Assembly (NCBI GenBank): GCA_950097015.1
Contig: CATNEN010000038.1
Coordinates: 25,668,001 to 25,732,000 of the forward strand
Length of the DNA: 64,000 nt
Direction: 5' to 3'
Source: Macrostomum hystrix
Taxonomy: Eukaryota > Animalia > Platyhelminthes
Both the position numbers and the translations under genes were made by a program. This document shows positions 61,414 to 64,000 of this stretch, in pieces (the first letter of the stretch is position 1; every line of letters starts with the position of its first letter). The notes under the pieces were generated by a model. It was not told the DNA's origin. It saw nothing but the letters and a program-made list of their open reading frames with translations, and ran no database searches.

Positions 61414-62464
61414 TACTCAGAGAGACACCCCAAAGAATTTTTAGGGACCTAAACCAGTAAAGAAATATTGGAACACTGCTCAGGCACTGTTGAATTATTC
61501 ATGAGAACTTTGCGGACTCGTCGGAAATAGGAATGGGATTCGGCGGGGGGGCGGGAAATTTTAGTGGTGACAACGATACAGGATTGGAATGGAATGGATG
61601 AGCCGCGAGAGAAAACGAGCAGTGTTTAGGAAATTGAAGAGAAAAAGAAACCACAGACAGATAAAATTGCTGCTACTGCTGCTGCTGCTGTGACACAAGC
61701 ACGAGCAGTGGCCTCTGAATCGTTTTTTTGTCAGTTGTTTCAATTAACGAATGCAAATGCTCTTACTATAGGATGTATGGCCTATTGATTTTTTAGATAG
61801 GCCAGAAAGTAAATTTTTAATTCAGTATGTTTGTCAGTCTGTCAGTCTATATATACGTCTGCATTTGCCTGACCGACTATAGACTTTCTGTCCGTCGACG
61901 TTGCTCGATGTATATGTTTCGACGTCTGTCTGTTTTTTCTACGTCTGATTGTCAGTCGACGCATGTCTCTCTTTTAAAGTCTGTCCGTCTTTTGATTTCT
62001 GTCTTTCGATGTCTGTCAACCCGTTAGAAAAATGTTTACTCAGTCTTTTTACGGATTATCATTCTGTCTTGTGACTTCAGCTTGTCAATATGCATTACAG
62101 TGCGCATGTTTCTTCAGGCCGGCGTGTCAGCCAGTTTCTAGCCAGTCTGATCCTACTCTTGTCCGAAGCCAAGAACTAAGAAACCAAACTGCCTATCCCC
62201 TACTAGAATTATTCTCAACGATTGGCAGCATGCGGGGCCAAGAATACAGCAGGCCACTGTGCCAGTCCAGTTAGTTACTCAGTTAGTTACAAGAGAGTCC
62301 ACTGCAACAATTCTCTGACCAATGAGCGTTCAGTGCGTTTCGATCGGCACGCCAACCCCAATTCCGCGCCAGGCCAAACTGCCAGGATAAAGGCTAAGCT
62401 AGCTGAGGAGTAGCCCGCTTTGCTTCATTCTTTCTCTCTTCTTCTACTTCTAAAAGCAGCAGGC

Positions 62465-62926
62465 ATGTCTGAGAGTGAGCAGGCCCTCAAGGTTGTGTTT
62501 GACAAGGCGGATACCAACGGCAATGGTTCCATCGAGGTCAAGGAGCTGGTGTCGCTGATCCGGGCCGCCGGACAGACCATCACCCGACTGGAAGCCGAAG
62601 CTCTGGTGAAGCAATTCGACAAGGACGAGAATGGCACCCTGGAGTTCGGCGAGTTTGTCAACATGATGAACGCCTACTTGGCCAAGGGCGGTCACCAGCC
62701 GCAGACGGAGAAGGAGAAAATTTTCGCCCTGCTGGATCACAACAAGGACGGCGTCATCTCCCTGTCCGAACTGAAGTCCGTCATGAACGACATCCTGAAG
62801 GAGAACCTGACAGATGAGCAGCTGCAGGAACTGCTGGACAAGGCCGACGCGGACAAGGATGGCGTCATCAGCTTCGAGGAGTTCAATAAGATGGCAGCCG
62901 AGCTGAAAATCTTCCACGCCACTTAG
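62465..62926 (+). CDS. Calmodulin-like protein, 4 EF-hands, intronless CDS, 153 aa
   Basis: DTNGNGSIEVKE, DKDENGTLEFGE, DHNKDGVISLSE, DADKDGVISFEE; paralog of 46149-46691. Confidence 0.93.
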   Translation: MSESEQALKVVFDKADTNGNGSIEVKELVSLIRAAGQTITRLEAEALVKQFDKDENGTLEFGEFVNMMNAYLAKGGHQPQTEKEKIFALLDHNKDGVISLSELKSVMNDILKENLTDEQLQELLDKADADKDGVISFEEFNKMAAELKIFHAT

Positions 62927-64000
62927 ATTCAAAATATGAAAACTCAAGAAATGCATTGAATCAACAGACTAATGCTATTGTTATAATATTATAACTATGT
63001 TATTAATAATATTATGGCCATAATGGCGGCATATTATTTATTTGTTATCCGTTTCCTCTGCAAAAATAGTTAACGTGATAATTTTAACGTTAATTCTGAG
63101 CTAGTTTTAAAGTTAGTTATCAAATATCACAGTTGGTTGTTCGACGCATTATTATCTATAGCTCCTGCCTCTTATAATTAATAATCTTATAATAGCCATA
63201 TTTTAAATACCTACGCATCATTATAAACATCCCCGAAAACAAAGCTAGCGTGTTCTCTATTTGAAATAGACTCAAATGTGTCCAAACATTTTTTACACTT
63301 ACAATCGAAAAGCAAATGCGAGAAAATATTGAGAATATACATTATACACAAATATACACACATGGCAAAATATATCTAAAGGTGTTGGAACCCTTCTATA
63401 TGTTGGTAGAAAAAGTAGATAAATCCAGTGACTAGTTTCACTTTTTTCAAATTCAAGCTTTATTGAATTTCCACTGTTCCTTCTCGCCTGCCGAGGCGAG
63501 GTGCAATAAAATTGTGAAAGCACCAAGTTACGGCTGCTCAGTAAATAAATTGCTTCCTAGCAAACCCACCCCACTCCGCATGTTCTGGTTGCTGACGAAA
63601 GCTGAAATAATTTTCTTTACTAGCTTTCTCATAAAACCCACCCACGTTGTATGAAACGCTATGCTCTGAGTTCCTAAAAAACGGAAGAGTAGAAGCAGCA
63701 GCAGCAGCAGCAGCAGCTGTCTGGGCAAGCCATGCAGCTCAGAAAAGTAATGCCATTGTCCTAGCCCACCTTAAAGTGGCTTGGGAAGAATGTACAGAAG
63801 CCTTCTAGCTTGGGAAATAATTGTAATAATTCACAGCTGTCAATTTATATAAGTAGTGCTCGTTTAATTAAATGCCAGAAAACGCAGGGTAGATGCAGTT
63901 GACACGGGTGCGAAATATCCAATTAGACAGAATTTTTCTCTTTGCGTTTCCTTACGCTTTTTAGTGTTTAAATCATTAGCAATGCAAAATAAATATTTGC

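Overview
Eukaryotic (invertebrate animal) genomic DNA with spliceosomal introns, SINEs and many minisatellites; the style is compatible with a flatworm such as Macrostomum, but that is only an impression. Left third (1-22 kb): transposon debris (Ty3/gypsy RT-RNaseH, Maverick/Polinton pPolB fragment, a complete-ended P-type/THAP element with 8-bp TSD, Crypton-like recombinase fragment, Tc1/mariner element, MITEs, 8-bp-TSD palindromic footprints) mixed with a family of secreted PAN-like + LamG/ConA-like proteins (two intact copies, four relics) that show sharp constant/variable mosaicism. Middle: a 7-exon divergent SLC1 transporter (23.6-28.2 kb). The main observation is a 20-exon minus-strand gene (44491->30952) that I could splice by hand in one continuous frame (all 19 intron phases agree). 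It gives a ~1912-aa protein: CARD - TPR-like helical region - FIVE tandem Rab-like GTPase domains (the 4th degenerate), with no canonical prenylation tail. It lies head-to-head with a CFAP90/C5orf49 homolog. Right third: two intronless calmodulin-like paralogs separated by ~14 kb of satellite arrays.
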